Shown here: positions 9,637-21,025 of the stretch, piece after piece | How positions within the stretch are numbered: the first letter of the stretch is position 1 | Layout: each line of letters opens with the position of its first letter | Source of the DNA: Veillonellaceae bacterium | GTDB lineage: Bacteria > Bacillota > Negativicutes > JAAYSF01 | NCBI GenBank assembly: GCA_012523975.1 | Contig: JAAYSF010000038.1 | Span: 8,390 to 72,389, forward strand | Reading direction: 5' to 3' | Length of the DNA stretch: 64,000 nucleotides | Notes under the pieces: generated by a model | What the model saw: only the letters and a program-made list of their open reading frames with translations | Databases searched by the model: none | Told to the model about the DNA's origin: nothing | Made by a program: the position numbers and the translations under genes

Positions 9637-10038
9637 TTATCCTATTCTCAATTGACGTGATACTTCGGTGCCGGCAATCTGCTGGCTGACCATCTGACAC
9701 AAATTAATTATGTCGAAAGGCTTGGTAATATAAGTGTACGCTCCAAGCTGCTGAGCTTGGTTAACAAGTTCCAATTCACCATAGGCAGTCATCATGATAA
9801 CTCGGTCGGCTTTACCAATCCGCTTTAGTTCCCGCAGCGTTTCAATTCCATCCATACCAGGCATTTTCATGTCCATTAGCACTAAATCCGGATTAGTGTC
9901 CTTGACTTGCTGCACGCCTTCGTAACCATTTGCGGCGGTAAATACAGTATAGCCTTCTTCAGCTAAAACTTCGACTAATAACCGCCTAATACCAGGTTGA
10001 TCGTCAATTACTAAAACTTTTGAATTAGCATTAGCCAT
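9637..10038 (-). CDS. spo0F: Sporulation phosphorelay single-domain response regulator Spo0F
   Basis: 133 aa. Near-colinear with B. subtilis Spo0F: VLVIDDQPGIRRLL ... DLVLMDMKMPGMDGIE ... IMMTAYGEL ... KPFDI. Confidence 0.85.
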   Translation of the reverse strand: MANANSKVLVIDDQPGIRRLLVEVLAEEGYTVFTAANGYEGVQQVKDTNPDLVLMDMKMPGMDGIETLRELKRIGKADRVIMMTAYGELELVNQAQQLGAYTYITKPFDIINLCQMVSQQIAGTEVSRQLRIG

Positions 10039-10079
10039 CCTTTGATCACCTTATTTCTCAATTTACTGTCCTAGTACAT

Positions 10080-10115
10080 GTTTATTCGCACTCAATGACA
10101 AATATCCTCCTATAA
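10080..10115 (-). promoter_or_regulatory. Candidate sigmaH-type promoter with an embedded Spo0A-box-like TTTGTCATT upstream of spo0F
   Basis: Minus strand reads AGGAGGATA -14 nt- CGAATAA, about 45-75 nt upstream of the ATG. The real SD, AAGGTGAT, lies further downstream. Confidence 0.35.
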
Positions 10116-10184
10116 TTTGGTAAGAACGTATTATTTTCAAAATTTTGGGCGATTTTTTTAGAATATCTTACTAAAACTTATTTT

Positions 10185-12521
10185 TTACCGCCCAAAACCA
10201 ATCTTATCCACCAACCAAAACAGCATATTGTTATGATAAATTCTCATTGTATACTTTGCCTGTGCATCATCGACAGTAAATTCGATGTCGTTATAAGGGG
10301 TCGGCAGCGCCCATGTCGAATAAATTTGTTCACCGTTTTTCAAGATGCTGATTCGGTAAGCATCGTCACGGTAATAAAGCGGATACTTGACTGATACATT
10401 ATGCCGGTGGTTTTGATCAATGACAATATCCCGTCCAAGAATATTAATGGCATACTCGCTAATCCAATTGCCGGATTTTAAACATTCTCCGTATACAGCT
10501 GTTAGTTTAGGCGTGTAATAGTCCAGATATGCTGCCACCAGCTCGGTCGCTGTCCCAAAAACCAGCTGCCCCGAATCAGCATAAGCTGCTTTTAAATAAG
10601 CTAAATGGTCATTAATAGCATCAAACTGCCCGCCTTGCAGACTTTTCCAATCACCTTGCCCCATAATGAACATAGCATGAGTAAAGCCAACAATCGCATG
10701 AACGCCTGGCTGGACTTGGCCATCAACGGTAAAGTAGGCCATACCTTGATCAGCTTTGCTATTCATGACGGCTGCTGTCTGGTTATCATAGCAGATAAAC
10801 GCGCGCGGCGTCGGTTTAAATTCAACAACGCCAAGTTGCTGCAAATCTGTTGCCCTGGTATTGATATCATCCGGGGCCGCAAAGTAAATTTCCTGACCGT
10901 AGTCGGCCGACGTTACTCCGCCGGCATTGCCATCAGCGTCGCTAGAACCCCATAAACCCGTTTTTCTAAAGGCTGCAGTACTTTTTAACTCGTCCTCACT
11001 GCCATTGCCAAAATCAAATGACCCGGCTCTGGCTGTCAGGATTTGACCTTGCCTTGAAGCGCTGGCAAGCCGATCCAAAATTCGCTGATAGGAATAAAGC
11101 ATTCCTACCCGGCTGGTATGATCATTGAAATCACCCTCATCAGCAGTCGAGTGTGCCCAGCCATGCTTTAAATGATTTGCCCACAGCCCGTCCACAGCCG
11201 GGTTATACGATAACACATTACCTGGTAAATAAGGATCATAATCAGAATGTAAATGAATGCCGTATTCATGTCCTCGCTCACTTTGGTGGCGTACTGATTG
11301 TTCGATAGCCGTTACGGCTTTCTGCCAATTGTCATCTTTAGACTGTGATGCCGCCCACTCGGCTGCTTTGACTGCCGGCCAGGCAATATAGTGGGTCCAC
11401 TTAGCTCCATGAAGTTCAGCAATCCTGTTAAGCTTTTCGGCTTTATGCACAAGTTGGACGATATACTCTTCAGAGTCTAGCCAACCGTTTTTATTGCCCC
11501 AGTCAACTGGATAACCAGCCGAATCAATCGGCTCCAAATCTTCGGTCATAACATAAAAGACTTTACCGGGCCGCAGGTCAGTAATATCTATTTTGACAAT
11601 TGCAGCAGTTTTTACGTTATTAATAGCAAAGCCAACTTGCCACGGTTTGTTTAAGTTGACACTGTTTGCTCGCTGAGCGCTGACTTGCCAGATCAGTTCC
11701 CGGCTCTCATTCGGCTGTAATATCTCAATAGCCTTTACGGCGTTTGACGTAGTGACACCAAAGCCATATGGTTCAAGCAGCATAACTTCGATATTATGGA
11801 CAGCTGCTTTATTATCGTTATGAACTACCGCCCTTATCTCAATCTTGTCACCCACATTGGCAGCAATTTGAGGTTCAGCCGGCATGATTTTTACCGACTT
11901 TTCTTTATCGTGCCCTACAGCAAATTCTTTAATTAAGGCATGCTGCCCCTGACCAACCTCGACACTTAAGCGATACTTACCGACATTTCCCGAGTGCTGC
12001 GCAGTAAACTGCTCGGTAAATATATCAGTAATATTATAAACCGCCTGCATCCAGTCACCTTTATAGTTAGTATTTGAGCGGATGTCAATCCATTTGACTG
12101 TACTCGAATTAGCAGGCAATTGTCCGGTTACCACCCAGCCGACCGTCGAAATAATCTTGCCTTGACTATCTACCGAGCTGATTTTGAGGCGGCCGGTCCC
12201 CTGAGTCGATAAAAACTGCAGATGAAATTTGGCCAAAGCGTTCGGTCCCGCCGCGCCTTCAACGGAATACTCTAAGCTTCCGCTTCCACCGGCAGCAAGT
12301 TCCAGCATCGTCCCACTGTTCCACTTATCACCAGACAACACACGATAGGTATTGCCCTCACCCTGTTGGATAAGATTGCCGTGAACCTTCCAAGCAGTCA
12401 GTTTGTCCTCTTCATTAGGCCGCAGCCCGGCTACAGGTTCCGAAGCTGGAAGTGTTCCGCAGCCGGCCAGCGCTGCAAGTATTAGCAGCAATAGTAAAAA
12501 TACAATCATTCGGTATCTCAT
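10185..12521 (-). CDS. Large lipoprotein of unknown function (~779 aa mature)
   Basis: Start taken at MRYRMIVFLLLLLILAALAGCG (SD GTGGAG), giving signal peptide plus lipobox LAGC. The six-frame-track start at 12560 is a GTG with no SD. No catalytic motif recognised. Confidence 0.6.
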   Translation of the reverse strand: MRYRMIVFLLLLLILAALAGCGTLPASEPVAGLRPNEEDKLTAWKVHGNLIQQGEGNTYRVLSGDKWNSGTMLELAAGGSGSLEYSVEGAAGPNALAKFHLQFLSTQGTGRLKISSVDSQGKIISTVGWVVTGQLPANSSTVKWIDIRSNTNYKGDWMQAVYNITDIFTEQFTAQHSGNVGKYRLSVEVGQGQHALIKEFAVGHDKEKSVKIMPAEPQIAANVGDKIEIRAVVHNDNKAAVHNIEVMLLEPYGFGVTTSNAVKAIEILQPNESRELIWQVSAQRANSVNLNKPWQVGFAINNVKTAAIVKIDITDLRPGKVFYVMTEDLEPIDSAGYPVDWGNKNGWLDSEEYIVQLVHKAEKLNRIAELHGAKWTHYIAWPAVKAAEWAASQSKDDNWQKAVTAIEQSVRHQSERGHEYGIHLHSDYDPYLPGNVLSYNPAVDGLWANHLKHGWAHSTADEGDFNDHTSRVGMLYSYQRILDRLASASRQGQILTARAGSFDFGNGSEDELKSTAAFRKTGLWGSSDADGNAGGVTSADYGQEIYFAAPDDINTRATDLQQLGVVEFKPTPRAFICYDNQTAAVMNSKADQGMAYFTVDGQVQPGVHAIVGFTHAMFIMGQGDWKSLQGGQFDAINDHLAYLKAAYADSGQLVFGTATELVAAYLDYYTPKLTAVYGECLKSGNWISEYAINILGRDIVIDQNHRHNVSVKYPLYYRDDAYRISILKNGEQIYSTWALPTPYNDIEFTVDDAQAKYTMRIYHNNMLFWLVDKIGFGR

Positions 12522-12639
12522 ATCATACTCCACTTTTTTGTTGTATGTGTCGCGAGACACTTAAACGAACGGCTGAACAGCATCAGACCCCCAAAGCGTC
12601 TTTATGGCGAATTACAAACCCCGCCCTGCGGGACTCCTC

Positions 12640-13230
12640 TCAAGCGGGGAATGGCATTTTGATGAAAGCTGTTCCCATGAAGATCGTTACTGCCGTTATG
12701 ACCGCAAAGATGGCTAGCGGCGGCGCCAGCAGTACCAGCAATGCTTTAGCTGTGGACAGCTCATGCGCCTCTTTCAAGGCCGCAACATCAAGATACAGCA
12801 CCCAACCAGCAATTATCAGCCCGGTCATCCCCATAACAAGCGGCCTGCCTCCGGCTGGCATAAGCGCTGCTACCACCCATAATGGAACTATGAAAATTCG
12901 CGGCAGATGGGCAAAGCCAAGGGCGGCTAACAACCCTACTGCTGTGCCCTTACCGCCCGCCATCTCGGCAATTAGGTGCCACAGCGCAGCACCCATAATC
13001 CACGCAGCGACACTCCCAACCAACTGCAAAATAACAAAAACTCCGAAAGCATGCTGCATCCCGGCCGTCTTTAACCCGAAATAAACAGCCCAGACTGGAA
13101 TAATAACACTAAGCAAAACAACAGCTAACGCTTGACCTAGCTGTTTGTCGGCGGCGATTTGCCGCATTGCGGTACGCGGCTGAAATAGCACATCATATAA
13201 TGTTTCAAAAAATGATCCCATTTCCTCCAC
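12640..13230 (-). CDS. Polytopic membrane protein, Yip1-domain-like
   Basis: 196 aa. Hydrophilic N-terminus (FFETLYDVLFQPRTAMRQI) followed by 5 TM helices. Assignment by architecture only. Confidence 0.45.
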   Translation of the reverse strand: MEEMGSFFETLYDVLFQPRTAMRQIAADKQLGQALAVVLLSVIIPVWAVYFGLKTAGMQHAFGVFVILQLVGSVAAWIMGAALWHLIAEMAGGKGTAVGLLAALGFAHLPRIFIVPLWVVAALMPAGGRPLVMGMTGLIIAGWVLYLDVAALKEAHELSTAKALLVLLAPPLAIFAVITAVTIFMGTAFIKMPFPA

Positions 13231-14163
13231 CTACCACTTTTCTGGCATGGCCAGCGGCGCCATTATCGGCATGCCTTCATTTATTTGTTTAAACAGCAAT
13301 TTATCAAAATGTATCTGCTCATTAGCACCTAGCAAGACAGCTAGCGGACTAACTCGGCCGTACTCCTTTATTTCCGGTTTGCCCTTAATTCCGGCGAGCT
13401 TGGCTGTCCCATCGATTGCGTCATACATGTTGCCAAGTTCGTCAACCAGACCTAACTCTTTTGCTTGATTACCGGTATAAATCCGGCCGTCAGCAAGCTG
13501 GCGGACGCGCACCGGATCCATTTTGCGGCCTTCGGCAACAACGGCTACAAACTGGTTATACATATCGTCGACCATGGTTTGAATAATTTCTCGTTCTTCA
13601 TCTGTCATCTGCCGTTCAGGTGACAATATGTCTTTATGTTCTCCGCTTTTTATTTTTTCTTGTCTAATGCCAATTTTCTTATAAAGCTCTTCCCAATTAG
13701 AATACGGCATATAGACACCTATACTACCGGTCAGAGTTGCGGGATTAGCATATATTTTGTCAGAGCAGGCAGCCAGCCAGTATCCGCCGGAAGCAGCGAC
13801 ATCACCCATCGATGCAACAACAATTTTTCCCGCTGCCCGCAGTTTTTTAATTTCTTCACCTACTTCCTGTGACGCCGGTGCACTGCCGCCCGGACTGTTA
13901 ATGCGCAGCAAAACAGCTTTAATACTTTGATCATCCCGAGCCTCATGCAATTGTTTAATAACAAGGTCAGTACCGCCATACTCCCTAAGCAGACTGCTTT
14001 GTCCACGACCGCCCATTATTACACCTTCAACGTAAATAACAGCAATTTTACCCTGCCCGGCTGCCACATTCCGATTCCTAACCATGGGCGCAACAAATGC
14101 TACCGCTACCATAGAAAAAAGGACCACCGCCGCAATTGCCAGCACTACTGTGCGTTTGAACAT
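13231..14163 (-). CDS. sppA: Signal peptide peptidase SppA (S49 family, 36K type)
   Basis: N-terminal TM anchor. S49 core GGSAPASQEVGEEIKKLRAAGKIVVASMGDVAASGGYWLAACSDKIYANPATLTGSIGV. Confidence 0.9.
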   Translation of the reverse strand: MFKRTVVLAIAAVVLFSMVAVAFVAPMVRNRNVAAGQGKIAVIYVEGVIMGGRGQSSLLREYGGTDLVIKQLHEARDDQSIKAVLLRINSPGGSAPASQEVGEEIKKLRAAGKIVVASMGDVAASGGYWLAACSDKIYANPATLTGSIGVYMPYSNWEELYKKIGIRQEKIKSGEHKDILSPERQMTDEEREIIQTMVDDMYNQFVAVVAEGRKMDPVRVRQLADGRIYTGNQAKELGLVDELGNMYDAIDGTAKLAGIKGKPEIKEYGRVSPLAVLLGANEQIHFDKLLFKQINEGMPIMAPLAMPEKW

Positions 14164-14227
14164 TATATACCTCCCTTAATTAAAGCCTGTTCCTAAACTT
14201 CGCCTGCTACACATTTGGGAACAGCTT

Positions 14228-14268
14228 TGGCTTCAAAAAAATAAAGCCGCCGGATAGTCCGACGGCTT
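14228..14268 (-). terminator. Terminator of pyrG
   Basis: Stem aagccgccgga/tccgacggctt followed on the minus strand by ttttttt. Confidence 0.6.
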
Positions 14269-14274
14269 TGCCCA

Positions 14275-16039
<1,765 letters not shown>

Positions 16040-16046
16040 GGCAGAT

Positions 16047-17711
16047 TTACATTTTATCAGGGGCATCAATACCCAAAATACCAAGAGCATGACGAATAGT
16101 GTTCTGGACAGCCTCAACTAGGGCCAGTCGCGCAATTTGCAGCTCAGATTCCACACCGATTATCCGGCACTGATTATAGAAAGTGTGGAATAATCCGGCG
16201 AGTTCATGTACATAGCGGGCAATACGATGCGGAGCCCGCTCCCGGGCAGCGGCCGATACTTCGTCAGGATAACTGCCCATTTTTTTAATTAAGTCTATTT
16301 CACTTTCTTCAACAAGCATATTAAGCTTAGCATTTGCATGGCCCTTGTAGTTTACACCGGCTTCAGCAGCCTGGCGGAAGATGCTGGAAATCCGGGCATG
16401 CGCATATTGGATGTAATAAACCGGATTTTCATTTGAATGCGATTTAGCAAGATTAAGGTCAAAATCAAGCTGACTATCAATTGAGCGCATTATAAAGAAG
16501 AACCGCGCGGCATCGCGCCCAACTTCCTCAATAAGCTCAGATAAAGTAACGCTCTGACCGGTCCGTTTTGACATCTTAACAAGCTCACCGTCACGATACA
16601 GGCTCACCATCTGCAAAATCAACACTTCTAAGCTATCGGCAGGATATCCCATGGCGGCAATGGCGGCTTTTACCCGGCATATATAGCCATGATGGTCGGC
16701 ACCCCAAATATTAATCAGTTTATTAAACCCACGCTGTAGTTTATCACGATGATAAGCAATATCGGCAGCCAAATAAGTTGGCACGCCATTGTCCCTAATG
16801 ACTACACGATCTTTGTCATCGCCGTATGCTGTGGCCTTAAGCCATAAAGCCCCGTCTTTTTCATACATATTGCCATTGGCTTTAAGCGTCTCGCAGGTTT
16901 CATCAATAGCGCCGCTTTGATGCAGGGTACGTTCGCTAAACCATACATCAAATTCGACATTGAATGCAGCAAGGTCTTCTTTGAGCGCTGCAAGTTTTTC
17001 CTGCAATGCCAGTTCTTTAAATAAGGCTAGACGGTCCTGCTCAGGCATATCGAGATATTTTGAGCCGTCTTTGTCAATTAAGCGCCGGGCAGTGTCGATA
17101 ATATCTTGGCCATGATAGCCGTCCTCGGGAAACTCTACCATTTGACCTAACAGCTCAAGATAGCGGGCGTTGACCGATGCTGCCAGATTATCAATTTGAT
17201 TGCCAGCATCATTTATGTAGTATTCGCTTTCAACATCATAGCCCGCGGCTTTTAATAAATTAGCCAGCGCACTGCCTACCGCTGCCCCCCGGCCATGCCC
17301 AACATGGAGAGGTCCAGTAGGATTGGCGCTGACAAATTCGACTTGAATGCGTTCGCCTTGTCCGGCCTTAGTATTGCCATATTCTTTTCCCTCGGCAAGA
17401 ATACTTTCAAGTTTTTCATACAGCCACTCAGGCTTTAAGTAAAAATTAATAAATCCCGGTCCGGCGATAACAGCCTTGTCCAACCAGCTAGCTTTAAGCC
17501 GTTCCACAAGAGCGGTTGCAATAGCACGAGGATTGGTTCGAGCCGCCCGCGCTGCCTGCATGGCAAAATTGGTCGCAAAATCGCCAAACTCTTTCTGGGG
17601 CGGCACTTCGAGAATAATTTCCGGCATCTCGCTTAAAGTAATAACTCCGTCACTTATGGCCTGCTCTACAGCCTGCCGAACCGCCTCCTTAACTAATTCC
17701 TTAATGTCCAA
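16047..17711 (-). CDS. argS: Arginine--tRNA ligase
   Basis: 554 aa with class-I HIGH (PTGPLHVGHGR) and KMSK (VKMSKRTG) motifs. DALR anticodon-binding C-terminus. Confidence 0.95.
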   Translation of the reverse strand: MDIKELVKEAVRQAVEQAISDGVITLSEMPEIILEVPPQKEFGDFATNFAMQAARAARTNPRAIATALVERLKASWLDKAVIAGPGFINFYLKPEWLYEKLESILAEGKEYGNTKAGQGERIQVEFVSANPTGPLHVGHGRGAAVGSALANLLKAAGYDVESEYYINDAGNQIDNLAASVNARYLELLGQMVEFPEDGYHGQDIIDTARRLIDKDGSKYLDMPEQDRLALFKELALQEKLAALKEDLAAFNVEFDVWFSERTLHQSGAIDETCETLKANGNMYEKDGALWLKATAYGDDKDRVVIRDNGVPTYLAADIAYHRDKLQRGFNKLINIWGADHHGYICRVKAAIAAMGYPADSLEVLILQMVSLYRDGELVKMSKRTGQSVTLSELIEEVGRDAARFFFIMRSIDSQLDFDLNLAKSHSNENPVYYIQYAHARISSIFRQAAEAGVNYKGHANAKLNMLVEESEIDLIKKMGSYPDEVSAAARERAPHRIARYVHELAGLFHTFYNQCRIIGVESELQIARLALVEAVQNTIRHALGILGIDAPDKM

Positions 17712-18138
17712 AGTTTTGTCCCTCCTGAATGGTTATCGATAAAACATTCTCGCTTTGCCATTGTCCGTCCACTTCTAGATCATAAGCAATATCAATCGCC
17801 CCTGAGGCTACTCTAAAGTCGGCCTTGATTTGACGGGTTAAGATAGAAAGCTCCATATTGCCATAAGGCGTAGCATATGTACTGCTTGTCCTATCTCCGA
17901 GCCGAAACACCTGCCGCTGCTCTACATTGCCCGTACGGGCCAGAATAATATGGTCAGAATAAACCTTCAGCAAAGTAGTTGTCTGAAAGCCTTCTCTACT
18001 AAGCGGTTCATCAATATAAGTAAGATAGTGAACGCCATTTTTTAAATAGTAACGTCCCAAGACCGTTGTTTCGATGCAAGTTTCCTCACCATAAATATCT
18101 TTTTGCACACCAATAATCTTTACTACAACATTATCCAT
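17701..18138 (-). CDS. DUF1934 (YwiB-like) beta-barrel protein, co-transcribed with argS
   Basis: 145 aa. Overlaps the argS start by 11 nt. The ywiB-argS arrangement is conserved in Bacilli. Confidence 0.65.
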   Translation of the reverse strand: MDNVVVKIIGVQKDIYGEETCIETTVLGRYYLKNGVHYLTYIDEPLSREGFQTTTLLKVYSDHIILARTGNVEQRQVFRLGDRTSSTYATPYGNMELSILTRQIKADFRVASGAIDIAYDLEVDGQWQSENVLSITIQEGQNFGH

Positions 18139-18326
18139 AATATATCACCTTTCAACAACGAATATATTATAACCTACTCGGAAAGGCTTGCCAACTTTTT
18201 AAGTGAAAAGGTTTTCTTTAGTCAAAAACCAAGCGCCGCTTGTCCAATATGGGACAAACGGCACTGTCGCGTCATTTTTCCATTGTTAGTATATGCAAAT
18301 AGATGCAAAAAACTCAAATAAACAAC

Positions 18327-19199
18327 TTACTTGCTGTCTTTTTGATAAAGGTTAACTAACTCGCTAGTCGAAACTTGGACTGACTCTACCATTTGAATAA
18401 TATCCTGCATAGCGCGAGCTTGCTCAGCTGAAATCGAAGCAGATTGGTTAATGCCCTCAATTACTTTTTGAATTGCATCTTGAATTTCTTGCAGAATTTT
18501 ATTGATATTTTCAGTTGCGTCAGCACTGTTTTGGGCCAATTTTTGCATTTCCTGGGCAACAACTGCAAAACCGCGGCCATGCACGCCGGCGCGGGCAGCC
18601 TCAATGGAAGCGTTAAGACTCAAAAGCTTGGTCTGAGTAGCAATGCCCCGGCTCATATCCAGAATCTTTCCGGTGTCTTTCACTTTTCTCACAGCTTCGT
18701 GTGATACTTTTACTACACCGTCAGTGGTTGCCGCCAACTCTTGCGACGAGGCCGAAATTTCTTCTACCGCAGCCGCCGCTTGGTGGACATTGTTCGAAAC
18801 AAGCGCAACCACTTGTTCAACAGCTATTCGTTGATAATCTTCCTTCACCCGGGCCGATACGACGGCTGCACCTACTTGCGTAAGCGGTCTAACAATTTCA
18901 ATAGGACCAGTAATGCCAAATGTACCGATCCGTTCGCCGTCAGCTTCAATCAGGCAGCTGAAACCCTCTTTAACATTAGGGTTTTGCGCGGCCTCCTCCG
19001 GCGTCACTGTATAATCGTCCATAAGTCCCTGAACAATCTTTTGCGCTCCTGCATGCTTAGTGCCAACCCGTACTCCGCCTAAACAGTCGGCAATTACTGT
19101 TCCCGTATCATCACAGATAATCATATTATAACCGGTTTTACCTTTAATAAATTGGACAAGTTCACCTGCAAGCGCGCTGGGAATCTTGTAATTAGCCAT
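18327..19199 (-). CDS. Soluble chemoreceptor-like protein: Diacid_rec (CdaR-type sugar-diacid recognition) N-domain + short MCP signalling domain (copy 1)
   Basis: No TM segment. N-terminal [30 protein letters not shown] ... [13 protein letters not shown] resembles the CdaR N-terminal domain. C-terminal [34 protein letters not shown] is the MCP signature. Confidence 0.75.
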   Translation of the reverse strand: MANYKIPSALAGELVQFIKGKTGYNMIICDDTGTVIADCLGGVRVGTKHAGAQKIVQGLMDDYTVTPEEAAQNPNVKEGFSCLIEADGERIGTFGITGPIEIVRPLTQVGAAVVSARVKEDYQRIAVEQVVALVSNNVHQAAAAVEEISASSQELAATTDGVVKVSHEAVRKVKDTGKILDMSRGIATQTKLLSLNASIEAARAGVHGRGFAVVAQEMQKLAQNSADATENINKILQEIQDAIQKVIEGINQSASISAEQARAMQDIIQMVESVQVSTSELVNLYQKDSK

Positions 19200-19244
19200 A
19201 TTCTAACCCCTCTTTGTTCTGTGGATTTAAGCTAAGATATATTG

Positions 19245-20117
19245 CTATTTGGATTCTTTCTCAAAAATAGCTACTAAATTGCTTGTCGATGTTTGAACAG
19301 ACTCGACCATCTGAATAATATCCTGCATCGCATGGGCCTGTTCGCTTGAAATAGATGCCGTCTGATGAATGCCTTCAATGACCTTTTGAATTGCCAGTTG
19401 AATTTCATTAAGAATATTATTGATGTTTTCAGTTGCGTCGGCACTGTTTTGCGCAAGTTTCTGCATTTCTTGGGCAACTACAGCAAAGCCCCGGCCGTGT
19501 ATACCGGCGCGGGCGGCCTCAATTGAGGCATTTAAACTCAAAAGTTTCGTTTGGGTCGCAATCCCGCGGCTCATATCAAGAATTTTCTCGGTATCTTTAA
19601 CTTTCTTGACAGAATCCTCCGAAAGCTTAACTACACTATCGGTAGTGGACGCTAATTCTTCGGAGGACGCTGAAATTTCTTCAACAGCAGCTGCCGCTTG
19701 GTGCACATTGGTAGAAACATTAGAAACCACTTGCTCTACAGCCTGCCGTTGATAATCTTCCTTGACTCGGGCCGCAACAACGGCGGCGCCCACTTGGCTG
19801 AGTGGTTTAACAATATCAATCGGACCGCCGATTCCAAATGATCCAATCCGTTCGCCGTCAGCCTCAATCAAACAGTTGTAGCCTTCTTTAACGTTAGGGT
19901 TCTGTGCTTCCTCTTCAGCCGTTACAGCATAATAATCGGTAAGACCCTGGACAATTTTTTGAGCCCCAGCATGCGTAGTACCAACTCGAGCTCCGCCTAC
20001 ACAATCTGCAATTATCGTTCCATTCTCATTGCAGATAATCATGTTGTAACCAGTTTTACCTTTGATAAATTGCACAAGTTCACTTGCAAGCTCAGTGGGA
20101 ATGCTGTAGCTAGCCAT
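19245..20117 (-). CDS. Soluble chemoreceptor-like protein: Diacid_rec + MCP signalling domain (copy 2, tandem paralog)
   Basis: 290 aa, about 85% aa identity to copy 1 and collinear. Same domain order. Confidence 0.75.
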   Translation of the reverse strand: MASYSIPTELASELVQFIKGKTGYNMIICNENGTIIADCVGGARVGTTHAGAQKIVQGLTDYYAVTAEEEAQNPNVKEGYNCLIEADGERIGSFGIGGPIDIVKPLSQVGAAVVAARVKEDYQRQAVEQVVSNVSTNVHQAAAAVEEISASSEELASTTDSVVKLSEDSVKKVKDTEKILDMSRGIATQTKLLSLNASIEAARAGIHGRGFAVVAQEMQKLAQNSADATENINNILNEIQLAIQKVIEGIHQTASISSEQAHAMQDIIQMVESVQTSTSNLVAIFEKESK

Positions 20118-20324
20118 GTCCTACACCTCTCTCTGTAATAATTTTATGAGCGTTAGCAACCTACGAAGACTCTTGTAGGCCGCTCTAGATAATTTGTTAT
20201 CGAGATTCCGCCTAATCCTTTTCCTTTTTTATACATCTTTCCACAAAGCCACTAGAAATCCTGCATTATGGACAATGTTTTTTCATTTTTCACGTCTTTT
20301 TCCAGAATATAACTATACTAAAAA

Positions 20325-20358
20325 AAGCCGTAGCGCCGCTGCTCTGGAGCAGCGGCGC
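20325..20358 (-). terminator. Terminator (second of two) downstream of the 20457-20954 gene
   Basis: 11-bp perfect stem gcgccgctgct/agcagcggcgc followed on the minus strand by tacggcttttttt. Confidence 0.5.
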
Positions 20359-20407
20359 CTAATCGGGATGAAGCGCCGTTGGGCTGCCTCTCCCATTATA
20401 ATAATAT

Positions 20408-20445
20408 GCAAAAAACGCGGATTTCTTGCTTGCCCGCGTTAAAAT
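20408..20445 (-). terminator. Terminator immediately downstream of the 20457-20954 gene
   Basis: Stem aacgcgggcaag/cttgcccgcgtt-like hairpin followed on the minus strand by ttttttg. Confidence 0.5.
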
Positions 20446-20456
20446 AAACTGAAAAA

Positions 20457-20954
20457 TTAGTAACCAATAATTAGCAAACTCTTGATAAAGCTGAACAGAT
20501 GCTCAATATTACATAACCGTTTGATTGTATTATCATAGAAATCCATCTTCGTTTGCTGTCCCTGTCTGATAACGGGAACCAAGAGGACACCATGTGTTAT
20601 AACAGGTGACTCGGCAAACTTGCAGATATTCTTCCAGATATTATTTATTTCACCTTTTTCTACTTCGACGGCAATTTGCAGTTCCGGGTGAAAAAAGTCT
20701 ATCTCAAAGTTCAAGCCGCGTTTAAACAAATTTTCATATTTACGATTTGTGACTGAGTGGAGGAATCCCAACTTTTCCATATCTGCGGCGATCGCCTTCT
20801 CGGCCTCGATACTTTTACGAAAGGGAGTATTGCGAATTTCAACCAGAGCCTCACTATTACTGACAACGATCTGACAGAGCGGCGACTCGTGCGGATTTTC
20901 CGCCAGCCGATACAGATATCGGCGCGGCGGATATTCTTGCTTGGCTGACTGCAT
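20457..20954 (-). CDS. Hypothetical protein with a possible PD-(D/E)xK nuclease-fold motif
   Basis: Start set at MQSAKQEY (SD AGGAGG 9 nt upstream), giving 166 aa. Motif EIDFFHPELQIAVEVEKGE has D ... ExK spacing. No family identified. Confidence 0.45.
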   Translation of the reverse strand: MQSAKQEYPPRRYLYRLAENPHESPLCQIVVSNSEALVEIRNTPFRKSIEAEKAIAADMEKLGFLHSVTNRKYENLFKRGLNFEIDFFHPELQIAVEVEKGEINNIWKNICKFAESPVITHGVLLVPVIRQGQQTKMDFYDNTIKRLCNIEHLFSFIKSLLIIGY

Positions 20955-21025
20955 TATTATCAACCTCCTGACAGAAAAACGAAGGGTAACAAAGTAATGG
21001 TTGGTGCTCTGCGCCCTTCGTGCAT

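Larger units (their letters stand above)
18327..20117 (-). repeat. Tandem gene duplication (2 x 873 nt, ~80% nt identity)
   Basis: The two ORFs align end to end at the DNA level with a 45-nt spacer. Example: atgccctcaattactttttgaattgcatcttgaatttcttgcag versus atgccttcaatgaccttttgaattgccagttgaatttcattaag. Confidence 0.8.

Noticed and set aside
10111-10116. Perfect TATAAT hexamer on the plus strand upstream of spo0F
   Set aside because: No plus-strand gene downstream and no matching -35. The minus-strand sigmaH-like reading fits the gene arrangement better.
12452-13084. 210-aa plus-strand ORF overlapping the Yip1-like membrane protein gene
   Set aside because: Antisense of a GC-rich hydrophobic gene. 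No SD. Composition is Ala/Ser/Thr junk.
18139-18326. Possible T-box upstream of the DUF1934-argS operon
   Set aside because: No GGTGGTACCGCG-like T-box sequence (on the relevant strand) and no terminator/antiterminator pair in the region.
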